Notes: a model not told the origin generated them from the letters alone. Shown: positions 12,435-24,446, numbered from the stretch's first letter. The stretch is DNA of 64,000 bases from Octopus vulgaris (GCA_951406725.2 OX597820.1:115072001-115136000); one strand, 5' to 3'. A program made the numbers and translations.

Positions 12435-13866
12435 CATCATCATCATCATCGTTTAACATCCATTTTCCATGCTGGCATGGGTTGGATAGTCTGACGGGGG
12501 ACTGGCAAGCCAGGAGACTGCACCAGGCTCCAATTTGATCGGGAATTGTTTCTACAGCTGGATGCCCTTCCTAACTCCAACCACTCTGAGAGTGTATTGG
12601 GTGCTTTTTACATGCCACCAGAATGGGGAGCCAGTCAGGTGGCACTGGCATCGACCGTGTTTGGATGGTACTTTTTACATGCCACCAGTACGGGGAGCCA
12701 GTCAGGTGGCACTGGCAATGATCCATGCATAAATGGTGCTTATTGTGTGCCACCAGCTTGAGAGCCAGTCAGGTGGCACTGGCATCGGCCACAACTACAA
12801 TTTCCATTTTTAATTGTGATTTGATTTTTGATTTTACTTGACTCAACAGGTCTCCTCAAGCACAGTGTGTCACACAATGATTCAAAGGTACTTTTTAAAT
12901 GGGCTGGTTATGTTACACTGGTATAGGCTATGGCTGTGACCTCACTTTACTTGCTGGGTCTTCTCAATCACAGCATATCTCCAGAAGCCTCAGTCTCTTG
13001 TCATCGTCTCTGCAAGGCCCAGCATTCGAAGGTCGTGCTTCACCACCTCATCCCATGTCTTCCTGGTCTCCCTCTTCCACAAGTTCCTTCCACTGTTAGG
13101 GAGTGACACTTCTTCACACAGCTCTCCTCATCCATACCAGTGCAGTCGTCTCTCTTGCACACCACATTTGCTGCTTATGTGCAACATTTCTCTCAGGGCG
13201 CTTACACTCTGTTGTGTGTGCACACTGACATTACACATCCAGTTGATCATACTAGCTCCATTTCTTTCAAGCCTACGCATGTCTTCTGTAGTCATGGTCT
13301 ATGTTTCACTGCCGTGTAGCATGGCTATTCGCACACATGCATCATACAGTCTACCTTTCATTCTAAGCGAGAGGCCCTTTGTCACCAGTAGAGGCAGGAG
13401 CTTTCTGAACTTTACCCAGGCTATTCTTATTCTAGTGGCAATGCTCTCGGAGCATCCACCCCCACTACAGACTTGGTTACCTAGGTAGCAGAAGCTATCA
13501 ACTACTTCTAGTTTCTCCCCCTGGCATGTGATGGAATCTGTTTTCTAAGTATCTGCAGTGTTTATTGCCCCTGTGCACTACACTCTCAGAGTGGTTGGAC
13601 TTGGGAAGGGCATGCAGCTGTAGAAACAATTCCTGATCAGATTGGAGCCTGGTGCAGTCTCCTGGCTTGCCAGTCCCCCGTCAGACCATCCAACCCATGC
13701 CAGCATGGAAAAGCTATCATCCTGTTAACCTTCCTTTGATATTGCTGCACCTCTTATGCATCCGTAGCTTACACTGGGTACATCTTATGGAGTTTCTACC
13801 TACACCTTTTCTACAGATTGAGCAGGGCCTTCTACCTGAAGGGGTTTGTGATTTGTTTGCTTTCCT
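12435..13866 (-). mobile_element. 5'-truncated RTE LINE with an internal inverted copy of its own 3' end
   Basis: Tail, 3' UTR and ORF C-terminus homologous to 21108-22440; inverted segment at 13577-13712. Confidence 0.9.
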
Positions 13867-14182
13867 TGAGTATTAGTTGAAATGTCTGTAAGAAGTGAAG
13901 TTGACCAATTTAATAATAATAAATAATTAACTTCCTATCTCCATTTTATTCTCTTCTTTTAACTGGATATAAACTATATATATATATATAATATTTAGAT
14001 TCAGATGAATATGGTATCTAAGTTGAGGCTCCAGAAGTTAGTACGGTATTATCCATACAATCTTAAAGTAAGGTGATATATATATATATATATATATGTA
14101 GGTCCTGGGTTGAGTCGGGGTTAACCACAGTAAATAAGGTACTCAATATATAGCAGAGTAAATTAATTTATTTTATAGAAGG

Positions 14183-14233
14183 AGCTTCTACAGGACTAGA
14201 ACTGTTTCATTCAAAAGAAATCATCAGGAAGCT
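14183..14233 (-). ncRNA. Type I hammerhead ribozyme (mirror copy)
   Basis: Exact reverse complement of 14230-14280. Confidence 0.8.
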
Positions 14234-14280
14234 TCCTGATGATTTCTTTTGAATGAAACAGTTCTAGTCCTGTAGAAGCT
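14230..14280 (+). ncRNA. Type I hammerhead ribozyme
   Basis: agcttc-CTGATGA-t ttc tttt gaa t-GAAA-cag ttctagtc ct-GTA-gaagct; 6-bp stem I, 4-bp stem III, GUA triplet. Confidence 0.8.
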
Positions 14281-14372
14281 CCTTCTATATAAAATAATAT
14301 AAATATATATATATGTATGTATGTATATTTGATATATATATGCTTATATACATTTATATATGTATGATATAT

Positions 14373-14682
14373 ATCACTGTCTCTGTGACCGACCGGGCTA
14401 TCAGATGTTGCTACACATCGCTTGTCACAATGCGCTTCGCATTGTTTTAGCCTCCAAATGACGCCACCCCGCTGGCTAAGTGAGCAGGCCAACAGAAGAA
14501 AGAGTGAGAGAAAGTTGTGGAGAAAGAGTACAGCAGGGATCGCCACCACCCCCTGCCGGAGCCTCGTGGAGCTTTAGGTGTTTTTGCTCAATAAACACTC
14601 ACAACGCCCGGTCTGGGAAACGAAACCGTGATCCTACAACCGCGAGTCCGCTGCCCTAACCACTGGGCCATTGCGCCTCCAC
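14373..14682 (-). mobile_element. SINE family 2 (tRNA-derived)
   Basis: Minus-strand head GTGGAGGCGCAATGGCCCAGTGGTTAGGGCAGCGGACTCGCGG with A box and a B-box-like motif; five copies in the window. Confidence 0.9.
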
Positions 14683-14722
14683 ATATATATATATATATAT
14701 ATAAATTATATATATATATAAT

Positions 14723-14781
<59 letters not shown>

Positions 14782-15051
14782 AGTAAATAACTCCATTTAT
14801 TTACTTATACTATACAAATTACTGCACATTAACCCAGAGTTTCTATCTTTGAATAGGTCGCTACATCCTTGTTACTTGTGTAAATTTTCCAACCTTGGTA
14901 ACTGTTTATTGAGTTTTCCATGTTAATGATAGACAAATGATAATTCATTCATCCATTTACATATATATATATATATTAAATATTTGTCTCTCTCACACAC
15001 ACACAAATATATATATATGTGTGTGTGTGTGTATATATATATGTATGTATA

Positions 15052-15095
<44 letters not shown>

Positions 15096-15400
15096 AAATA
15101 AGCACGGGCAGCTGAAAATATGTTGAGGTAAAGTTTGTTATAACCAGATATCCAACCTGTTGCCAAGAAACGTAATAATCTCCCAGTCTATCAAACAGCA
15201 AATTATCCTGTCATGTTTAAATGGGGACCATAAAACAAATCACACCCTATGATCAAGGCTCTGTGTGCAAAAATTTGCATAAAATGTCAAGTCATGCTTT
15301 CATAGTGGACTCTAAGCAAATGACACCATTAGACAATCACGTGTCAATGAGGCAAATATGAACTTGCTTATACACATGTATTTTATTTGTGCTATTTTGG

Positions 15401-15831
15401 GGATCTTTTCGGTTTGAACGGCAGTTTTTAACATAATTTCTAGGTAACTAAAACATTTTAAACTTCGTATACTGGTAGAATGTGTTTATAAAACATCTTT
15501 TTCTCTTGGCTTTATTGAGAAAATTCTATGGTTTGTAAGATATTTGTTGTTTTTTTTTTCTTCAATTTCTGCAATTTCAACCAATCAATGATGTCTATTG
15601 AGGTTTAAAAAAACATTCTATGCCGTATGACTATGTCCCTCGTTTAAGAAACAGATTGGGTTTATTTACATTTGTGAAGAAAAAAAGATACCCTTCCCCC
15701 ACCCCTAACCCTAACTAACACTAACCCTAAAAGAGATTGAAAAGCAGTAGATCGATTCAAGGGTCATAATTATGAGTGATAATTTCATATTACACCGCCA
15801 GCAAAAACTGCCGTTCAAACCAAAAGGATCC
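15401..15831 (+). mobile_element. Non-autonomous TIR element (Merlin-like MITE)
   Basis: TIR GGATCTTTTCGGTTTGAACGGCAGTTTT; flanks TATTTTGG/TATTTTTG (8-bp TSD, one mismatch); superfamily inferred from GG termini and 8-bp TSD. Confidence 0.8.
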
Positions 15832-16019
15832 TATTTTTGTTATAAGAATTTAGAAGCTTTAAGAGATACGAAATAAATTATTTTTACTGCTGTAACTCTA
15901 AGATATAGAGTAGCATGCAGAATATTGGGTGAATTTTCCGTCCAAGGAGTTTTTTTTAACCCAGATTTCTATCTGCTATTACTTATCACTTTATCTACTT
16001 CAATAACAATAAACAAGAT

Positions 16020-16463
16020 GAGGACAGCTATCTGTCCATTGTAAATAATGTATGTATATAATTCCTCATCTCAAAAAAATAGGTAAAAAAAGTATTTGCT
16101 CTTTTACTTGTTTCAGTCATTTGACTGCGGCCATGCTGGAGCATCGCCTTTAGTCGAGCAAATCGACCCCGGGACTTATTCTTTGTAAGCCCAGTACTTA
16201 TTCTATCAGTCTCTTTTGCCGATCCGCTAAGTGACGGGGACGAGGACAGCTATCTGTCCATTGTAAATAATGTATGTATATAATTCCTCATCTCAAAAAA
16301 ATAGGTAAAAAAAGTATTTGCTCTTTTACTTGTTTCAGTCATTTGACTGCGGCCATGCTGGAGCATCGCCTTTAGTCGAGCAAATCGACCCCGGGACTTA
16401 TTCTTTGTAAGCCCAGTACTTATTCTATCAGTCTCTTTTGCCAATCCGCTAAGTGACGGGGAC
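16020..16463 (+). repeat. 222-bp direct tandem duplication (flank plus SINE tail)
   Basis: GAGGACAGCTATCTGTCC at 16020 and 16242; near-identical units. Confidence 0.9.
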
Positions 16464-17790
16464 GTAAACACACCAGCATCGGTTGTCAAGCAATGCTAGG
16501 GGGACAAACACAGACACACAAACACACACGCATATATATATATATACATATATACGACAGGCTTCTTTCAGTTTCCGTCTACCAAATCCACTCACAAGGC
16601 ATTGGTCGGCCCGGGGCTATAGCAGAAGACACTTGCCCAAGATGCCACGCAATGGGACTGAACCCGCAACCATGTGGTTGGTTAGCAAGCTACTTACCAC
16701 ATAAGTAGTGGTAGCTACTTACCACATAAGAAGTGGTAGCTACTTACCACTCCTGCGCCTATATATACTTGTTTCAGTCATTTGACTGCAACCATGCTGG
16801 AGTACCGCCTTTAGTCAAACAAATCGACCCCAGGACTTATTCTTTGTAAGTCTAGTGCTTATTCTATGGGTCTCATTTGTTGAACTGCTAAGTTACAGGG
16901 ACGTAAACACACCAACAATGGTTTTCAAGCGATGGTGGTAGGGAGCAAACACAGCACAAACATACACACACACACACATGAGGGGATTCTTTCCTTCTAC
17001 CAGATACACCCACAAGGCTTTGGTTGGCCTGAGGCTATAGTAGAAAACGCTTGCCCAAGGTGGTACTGAACCTGGAACCATGTGGTTGGAAAGCAAGCTT
17101 CTTACCTCACAGCCACTCCTGCACCTATATACATACATATATATAATTATATATATATATATATATATTCTTTTATTCTTTTACTTGTTTCAGTCATTTG
17201 ACTGTGGCCATGCTAGAGCACCACATTTAGTTGAGCAAACCAACGCCAGGACTTCTTTGTAAGCCTAGTACTTATTCTATCGGTCTCTTTTTCCTGAACC
17301 GCTATATTACGGGGGCATAAACACACCAACATTGGTTGTGAAGCAATGTTTGGAGAACAGACACAGAAACATATACACACACACACACATGCACATATAT
17401 ATACGCTGGGCTTTCAGTTTCCGTTTACCAAATCTGCTCACAATGCTTTGATCGGCCCAAGGCTATAGTAGAAGACACTTACTCAAGGTGCCGCGCAGTG
17501 AGACTGAACCTGGAACCATGTGGTTGGTAAGCAAGCTTACTCCTGCGCCTATATATATTTATATTCTTTTATTCTTTTACTTGTTTCAGTCATTTTGACT
17601 GCAGCCATGCTGGAGCACTGCCTTTAGTTGAACAAATCGACCCCAGGACTTATTCTTTGTAAGCCTCGTACTTATTCTATCAGTCTCTTTTGCCTAACCG
17701 CTAAGTTACGGGGGACATAAGCACACCACCATCGGTTGTCAAGCAATGGTGGGGGGACAAACACAGACACACAAATATATACATACACAC

Positions 17791-17823
<33 letters not shown>

Positions 17824-17913
17824 CCTCCCTGCTTCCATATTTCCTGAGCGCCTATTAATAATAATACTGTCATTGTTCCACTGTTGTTGTTTTTTTGTTT
17901 TCCCGTTTGGATT

Positions 17914-17953
<40 letters not shown>

Positions 17954-18045
17954 CGGGCTTCTTTCAGTTTCCGTCTACCAAATCCATTCACAAGGCTTTG
18001 GTTGGGTCGAGGCTATATTGGAAGACACTTGCCCAAGGTGACACA
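16320..18045 (-). mobile_element. Cluster of four head-to-tail SINE family 1 copies
   Basis: Copies at about 16320-16761, 16766-17126, 17168-17551 and 17563-18045. Confidence 0.85.
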
Positions 18046-18377
18046 AAGTGCAGTAACTGTACAACAGAATGCACATGTGCGAAAAAATGTGCTTAATTGT
18101 TTGACTAAACTCTTCAAGGCAATGCCCTTGTATGGCTGGAGTCCAATGATTAAAATAAGCGAGGGATAAAACATAACGGAAATGTGTGTGTGTGTGTGTG
18201 TAACCCTTCAAGGCAGTGCTCCAGCATGGCTGCAGTCAAATGGCTGAAACAAGTGAAAGAGTAAAAGAATATACATGTATGTATATATATTGCGTATATA
18301 TATATATATACACATATATACATACATACATATATATATATATATACACGCACACACATGTATACATACATATACAT

Positions 18378-18422
<45 letters not shown>

Positions 18423-18684
18423 CAACAACTGAGGGTAAAATTAATTAATTATTAATCAATTTCACCAAGTGTTCAGTATGCAAAGGGACCATTTAAGGCG
18501 AATTCAAATTATTACATTATATAAAAGGGCTTAGTAAAATAAATTACACTGAACTCATTAGAAATAGCAGCTAAAAACTTTTTAAAATATTTCTAATACT
18601 TAAAGAAAATATATAGTGTTTGCTCAACTCAACTCACGAAAGTTTGGGGGTAAAGACATCAAAAAATCAAATGCAAAGGTTATT

Positions 18685-18736
18685 TGAGAACGTACGTTTC
18701 AAGATTAGTCAACACGACACTTCTATCATCAGCTCA
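18685..18736 (-). ncRNA. Minimal type I hammerhead ribozyme
   Basis: Minus strand: tgag-CTGATGA-t aga agt gtc gtgtt gac taa tct t-GAAA-cgtac-GTT-ctca; palindromic stem III ACGTACGT. Confidence 0.75.
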
Positions 18737-18844
18737 GAAACTCCTTGGTTTGGATTTGAAAACACTGAAAGTGAGAGCATACCCTTTCGGCTTCTCATCG
18801 CTTTCGAAGATCTGCTCGTAACTAACAGTGCCAACAAACATATA

Positions 18845-19553
18845 TATATGTGCTTTTACGTGTCACCGGCACGGGCGCCAGGCCAGGTTGTGTTCGCTGC
18901 CAGCCTGGCCTGGCGCCCGTGCCGGTGACACGTAAAAGCACCATCTGTTTGTGGCCGTTTGCCAGCTCTGTCTGGCCCCCGTGCCGGTGACCACCTGTGC
19001 GAGGAAGGGCATCCAGCCGTAGAAACACTGCCAGATCTGACTGGGCCTGATGAAGCCTTCCAGCTTCACAGACCCCAGTTGAACCGTCCAACCCATGCTA
19101 GCATGGAGAACGGACGCTAAATGATGATGATGATGATGATATATACACATGTATACATACATACATACACATATATATATATAAATATATATATCATCAT
19201 TGTTGTTTAACATCTGTCTTCCATGCTGGCATGGGTTGGACGGTTTGACTGAGGACTGGCAAACCATGAGGTTGCACTAGGCTCCAATCTGATTTGGCAA
19301 GGTTTCTACTGCTTGATGCCCTTCCTAACGCCAACCAATACAAGAGTGTAGTGGGTACTTTTCACATGTCACTGGCACTAGCATTGGTAATGCTTGAATG
19401 ATGCTTTTTATATGTCGCCGACACAGGAGCCAGTCAGGCGGCACTGGCATTGGCCACACTTAAATGGTGCTTTTTATGTGTCACCAGCACCGGAGCCAGT
19501 TATGTAGCACTTGAATGATGCTTTTTACGTGTCAATCGTTGGCACTGGCATCA

Positions 19554-19555
<2 letters not shown>
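18845..19555. mobile_element. Rearranged and tail-to-tail RTE 3' UTR fragments
   Basis: Plus-strand copy ends in (GAT)n near 19140; minus-strand copy at 19195-19555. Confidence 0.8.
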
Positions 19556-19594
<39 letters not shown>

Positions 19595-19606
19595 CATGTA
19601 TACACA

Positions 19607-20134
19607 TCTATTATATAAAATCCGTTCTGTCAGTGTGTGTGTCTTCTACGATCTTGGGCATCCTCCATTCAATTGCACTCCAATTTGATAAGTAGATACC
19701 GACGGTATCAGGGCATGTATAAGTCTTGAAGAAATTACAAAAATCAATTCCAGGTGAGAATGCAATCGATAAAGCCGTTTTTGTCCTGCTTTTCTTCCGT
19801 CAACCTGTACATAACTGCACCTTCCATTTTTTGTTGTTTTTGTACTGCTTACTGTTTAAACCATGTTTGTGTTCTCCCAGTCAACAGCCTTATCATTACT
19901 GGTACTTTAAACTCTTCGGTTGCATATTTGTGTGTATAAAATCGTTTTCCTTTGGAATAGAAAAAAAAATCCATCTTTATTTCTTCTTTTGCTGGTGTCT
20001 CAAATTTAGGTTAAATCAGTGTTTCTCAAAGGTGAGGCCTATGGGACGGTCGAACAAGTTGTTTTGAGAAAATTTGGTTTAAATGTTTGACAACTCAGCA
20101 CCGTCCATTGGACGGGGGTGGGCGTTTTGCTCGT
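19607..20134 (+). mobile_element. Non-autonomous Helitron
   Basis: 5' A|TCTATTATATAAAA; subterminal hairpin CCGTCCATTGGACGG; 3' CTCG|T instead of CTAG. Confidence 0.65.
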
Positions 20135-20150
20135 GTATATATATATATAT

Positions 20151-20450
20151 ATCACCGTGACCGACCAGGCTATCAGATGTTGCTACACATCGCTGGTCAC
20201 ATGCGTTTCGCATTGTTTTAGCCTTCAAATGACGCCACCCCGCTGGCTAAGCGAGCAGGCCAACAGAAGAATGAGTGAGAGAAAGTTGCGGCGAAAGAGT
20301 ACAGCAGGGATTGCCACCACCCCCTGCCGGAGCCTCATGGAGCTTTAGGTGTTTTCGCTCAATAAACACTCACAATGCCTAGTCTAGGAATCGAAACCGT
20401 TATCCTACGACCGCGAGTCCGCTGCCCTAACCACTAGGCCATTGCGCCTC
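20151..20450 (-). mobile_element. SINE family 2
   Basis: Similarity to 14373-14682. Confidence 0.9.
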
Positions 20451-20927
20451 ATCATCATTTAATATACACTTTTCCATGCTTGCATGGCTCAGGCTGTATC
20501 TGTTAGGATAGACTTTGTATAGTTTGGTGCTCTTCCTGTTGCCAACTCTTACCTGTTTCTATGTAAAGTAATATTTCCCCGTGTAGACTAGAAATGAACA
20601 ACCCCACTTGTATGACGGTGATGCTCATTTACAGTTGTCAACGTGTGATCATATGTGTACCCATAAATAATTATGTAATGAACTTCATTAGCTAATGAAG
20701 ATCATTACACAATTTCTTGTTCCCTTGTCAGTTATATAAACTCTTATTATGCTCTGCACTTGACTATTGCAATGCCTAAGCATGTATGTATGTATGTATG
20801 TATGTGTGTATATATATATATATATATAAGTTCAGCAAAAATTTAGATTCAGTTGAATATGGTACTTAAGTTAAAGGCACCAGAATTTGGTATGGTGTTA
20901 TCCATATAAATCAAATGGGGTGATTAT

Positions 20928-21102
20928 AATCAAAATAAGCAACAAGGATATCCAAGGTAGTGTAGTACAATCGTTTCATGCTACTTCATTTAATTAAACA
21001 ATGTAAGTAAAACTGATGTAATACTTGCATTGTTTAATTAAATGAAGTAGCATGAAACGATTGTACTACACTACCTTGGATATCCTTGTTGCTTGTTTTG
21101 AT
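20928..21102. repeat. Inverted repeat with about 80-bp arms in a Penelope-like fragment
   Basis: Arms ATCAAAATAAGCAACAAGG...GTAAGTA and TACTTGC...CCTTGTTGCTTGTTTTGAT with a 12-nt spacer; upstream 20842-20925 resembles 13994-14076. Confidence 0.85.
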
Positions 21103-21107
21103 ATATA

Positions 21108-23540
21108 TCATCATCATCGTTTAACATCCGTTTTCCATGCTAGCATGGGTTGGATGGTTTGACCAGGGTCTGGGAAGCCAGGAGGCTACACCAGGCTCCA
21201 GTCTGATCTGGCAGTGTTTCTGCAGCTGGATGCCCTTCCTAACGCCAACCACTCCGTGAGTGTAGTGGGTGCTTTTTACGTGCCACTGACACAGGTGCCA
21301 GAGGAGGCTGGCAATGGGCATGATCAGTTGGTGCTTTTTACGTGCCACCAGCACAGAAGCCAGTCAAGGCGGTGCTGGCATCGGCCACATATGGGTGGTG
21401 CTTTTTATGTACCACCGGCACAGGTATCACAACTATAATTTCCATTTGATATTTATTTTGATGTTGGTGTACTTGACTCAATAGGTCTCCTCAAGCGCAG
21501 CAGGTCACCTTACGATCCAAGGTAAGCACAGCAGGTTGTCCTGCAACCAAGGCACTTTGGATGAAGCTGGTGCAGGAAGCAGCCATGAACTCATGTTATT
21601 TCTCAGGTCTTTGCAGTCACAGCATATCTCCAGAGGTCTCGGTCTTTCGTCATTGCCTGTGTGAGACCCAACGTTCGATGGTCATGCTTGACCACCTCAT
21701 CTCATGTGTTCCTGGGTCTACCTCTACCCCAGATTCCTTCAACTGTTTGGGAGTGGCACTTCTTCACACATCTTGCCTCATCCATCCATAGTACATGACC
21801 ATACCAGCGCAAACGTCTCTCTTGCACACCACATCTGCTGCTTCTTATGTCCAGCATTTCTCTCAGGGCGCTTACATTCTGTCGTGTATGCACACTGACA
21901 TTACACATCCAGCGGATCATGCTAGCTTCATTTCTTTCAAGCCTACTCATGTCCTCTGCAGTCACAGCCCATGTTTCACTACCGTGAAGCATGGCAGTTT
22001 GAACACATGTGTTATACAATCCACCTTTCACTCTGAGCAAGAGACCCGTTGTCACCAGTAGGAGTAGGAGCTTTCTAAGCTTTGCCCAGGCTATTCTTAT
22101 TCTAGTGGTAACACTCTTTGAGCATCCACCTCCACTACTAACTTGGTCACCTAGGTAGCGGAAACTATCAACTACTGCTAGTTTCTTCCCCAGGAGTGTA
22201 ATGGAATCTGTTTTCTGAGTATCAATGGTGTCTATTGCACCTGTGCATCTGTCACACACGAAAGCTATCTTCTCGGTTAATTTTCCTTTGATGTTGCTGC
22301 ACCTCTTATGTGTCCATAGCTTACACTGGGTACATCTTATGGAGTTTCTACTTACACCTTTTCTACAAATCAAGCAGGGCCACCTACCTGAAAGGGTGTG
22401 TGGTGTGTTTGCCTTCCTACTTACTATAACTTTGGTCTTTGCTACATTGACTCTAAGGCCTTTTGATTCTAAACTAAGCTTCCACGCCCAAAATTTCTTG
22501 TCTAGTTCTGGTAGTGATTCTGCTATGAGGGCCAGGTCATCAGCATAGAAGAGCTCCCAGGGGCAACCCGTCTTGAATTCCTGTTATTGCCTGGAGGATT
22601 ATGATGAATAAAAGGGGACTGAGGGCTGAACCTTGGTGAACCCCTACTTCTACCCGGAATTCTTCACTATACCCATTGCCAATCCTAACCTTGCCTCTCT
22701 GTATAGGGCCTGTACAACCCTTATTAACCATTTGTCAATCTCCAGTTTCCGCATCGCCCACCAGATAAGGGATTGAGGGACCCTGTCAAAGGCTTTCTTG
22801 AAGTCCACGAAAGCTATGTAGAGGGGGTTTATCTTTAGCTAGGTATTTCTCCTGCAGTTGTCGAACCAGGAATATAGTATCAGTGGTGCTTCTACTCGGC
22901 ACAAAACCGAACTGCATCTCATCTAAGCAGACTCTCTCCCTAATGAGATGGGCTATGACCCTCTCTGACCTTCATCACCTGATCCAACAGTTTCATACCC
23001 CTGCAGTTATTTCTGTCTAGAGCATTACCCTTACCCTTGTAGCAGTTGACTATGGTGCTGCTACGCCAGTCATTGGGTATGACTCCATTATGAACTACCT
23101 GGTTTACAATGCAGGTGACTAGGCCATAGCCCACACCACCAGATGTTTTAAGCATCTCAGCAGTGATTCCTGATAGGCAGGGGGCTTTTCCTGGCCTCAT
23201 ACCCTTAATTGCTTTAACTACTAGGGAGCTGTCTATTGGGATAGCTGGTACCTCTACTGGGTCAACATTTGGTAGGCTCTCCTTCTCCCATTCATTCTCC
23301 ACATTCAGCAGTCTTTCATTATGGCTTCTCCAAGCTTCTTTCTTTTCACCAACATTAAAGGCAAGTGCCCCATCATCCATGCGGACACATTTCTCTCCTG
23401 TGACATCACAATTTTCTCTCACACACTCTAGCAATCCGAAATACCTTAGTTCTTTGGTCCTCACGTCGCTGGACATTGGCAAAGTTCTTCTCTGCTTCAC
23501 CCTTGGCTATGTATACCTGCCGCCCACCCTCCCTTCTGGC
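21108..23540 (-). mobile_element. 5'-truncated RTE-clade LINE (RT pseudogene with embedded PHD finger)
   Basis: IPNDWRSSTIVNCYKGKG, GVHQGSALSPLLF, YADDLAL, FRYLG, HGSETW, RRLRWYGHV, GRGRP; stops and frameshifts; (GAT)n tail. Confidence 0.95.
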
Positions 23541-23600
23541 TAGCTGGTACTTATATATATATATATACATTCATAAATGAGGGTGAAAAATTAGATATTA

Positions 23601-23845
23601 ATCGCTGGTCACAATGCGTTTGCATTGTTTAGCCTTCGAATGATGCCACCCCGCTGGCTAAGCGAGCAGGCCAACTGAAGAAAGAGTGGTGAAGGAGTAC
23701 AGCAGGGATCACAACCCCTGCCGGAGCCTCGTGGAGCTTTTAGGTGTTTTCGCTAAATAAACGCACACAACGCCCGGTCTGGGAATCAAAACCGCGATCC
23801 TACGACCGCAAGTCCGCTGCCCTAGCCACTAGGCCATTGCGCCTC

Positions 23846-23889
<44 letters not shown>

Positions 23890-24170
23890 TTTGACCGACC
23901 AGGCTATCAGATGTTACTACACATCGCTGGTCACAATGCGCTTTGCATTGTTTTATCCTTCAAATGACGCCACACCGCTGACTAAGCGAGCAGGCCGACA
24001 GAAGAAAGAGTGAGAGAAAGTTGGGGCGAAAGAGTACAACAGGGGTCGCCACCAACCCCTACTGGAGACTCGTGGAGCTTTAGGTGTTTCCATTGAATAA
24101 ACACACACAACGCCCAGTCTGGGAATCAAAACCACAAGTCCGCTGCCCTAACCACTGGGCCATTGCGCCT

Positions 24171-24174
<4 letters not shown>
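23601..24174 (-). mobile_element. Two tandem SINE family 2 copies
   Basis: 23601-23848 and 23885-24174, separated by (TA)n. Confidence 0.9.
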
Positions 24175-24223
<49 letters not shown>

Positions 24224-24446
24224 GGTATCAAGTTAGAGGGGTTTAATAGCTCTAAGGGATAATTAAATCCAGAGTCGCTCATGGCTATTAGCTGGGTAGG
24301 TACAGTCTTTTGTAAGGTTGTATGGTAGCAAGTGGTTTGGTTGGTAAACCGAAGTTTAGGTTATATAGGAGAAGAAAATGGATATAATAACAATGGGAAA
24401 CTCGTGGTTTATACTGGTATGTCTTTAATTAAATAGGTAATAAAGA

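Larger units (their letters stand above)
14174..14289. repeat. Perfect 116-bp palindrome with one hammerhead per strand (Penelope-like inverted terminal repeat)
   Basis: Centre GGAAG|CTTCC at 14231/14232; 58-bp arms are exact reverse complements. Confidence 0.9.

Noticed and set aside
14610-14682. tRNA gene
   Set aside because: tRNA-like head is fused to a SINE body repeated five times and lacks a proper acceptor stem
19040-19075. CTGATGA in an RTE 3' UTR
   Set aside because: No downstream GAAA or cleavage triplet; other copies read CTGGTGCA
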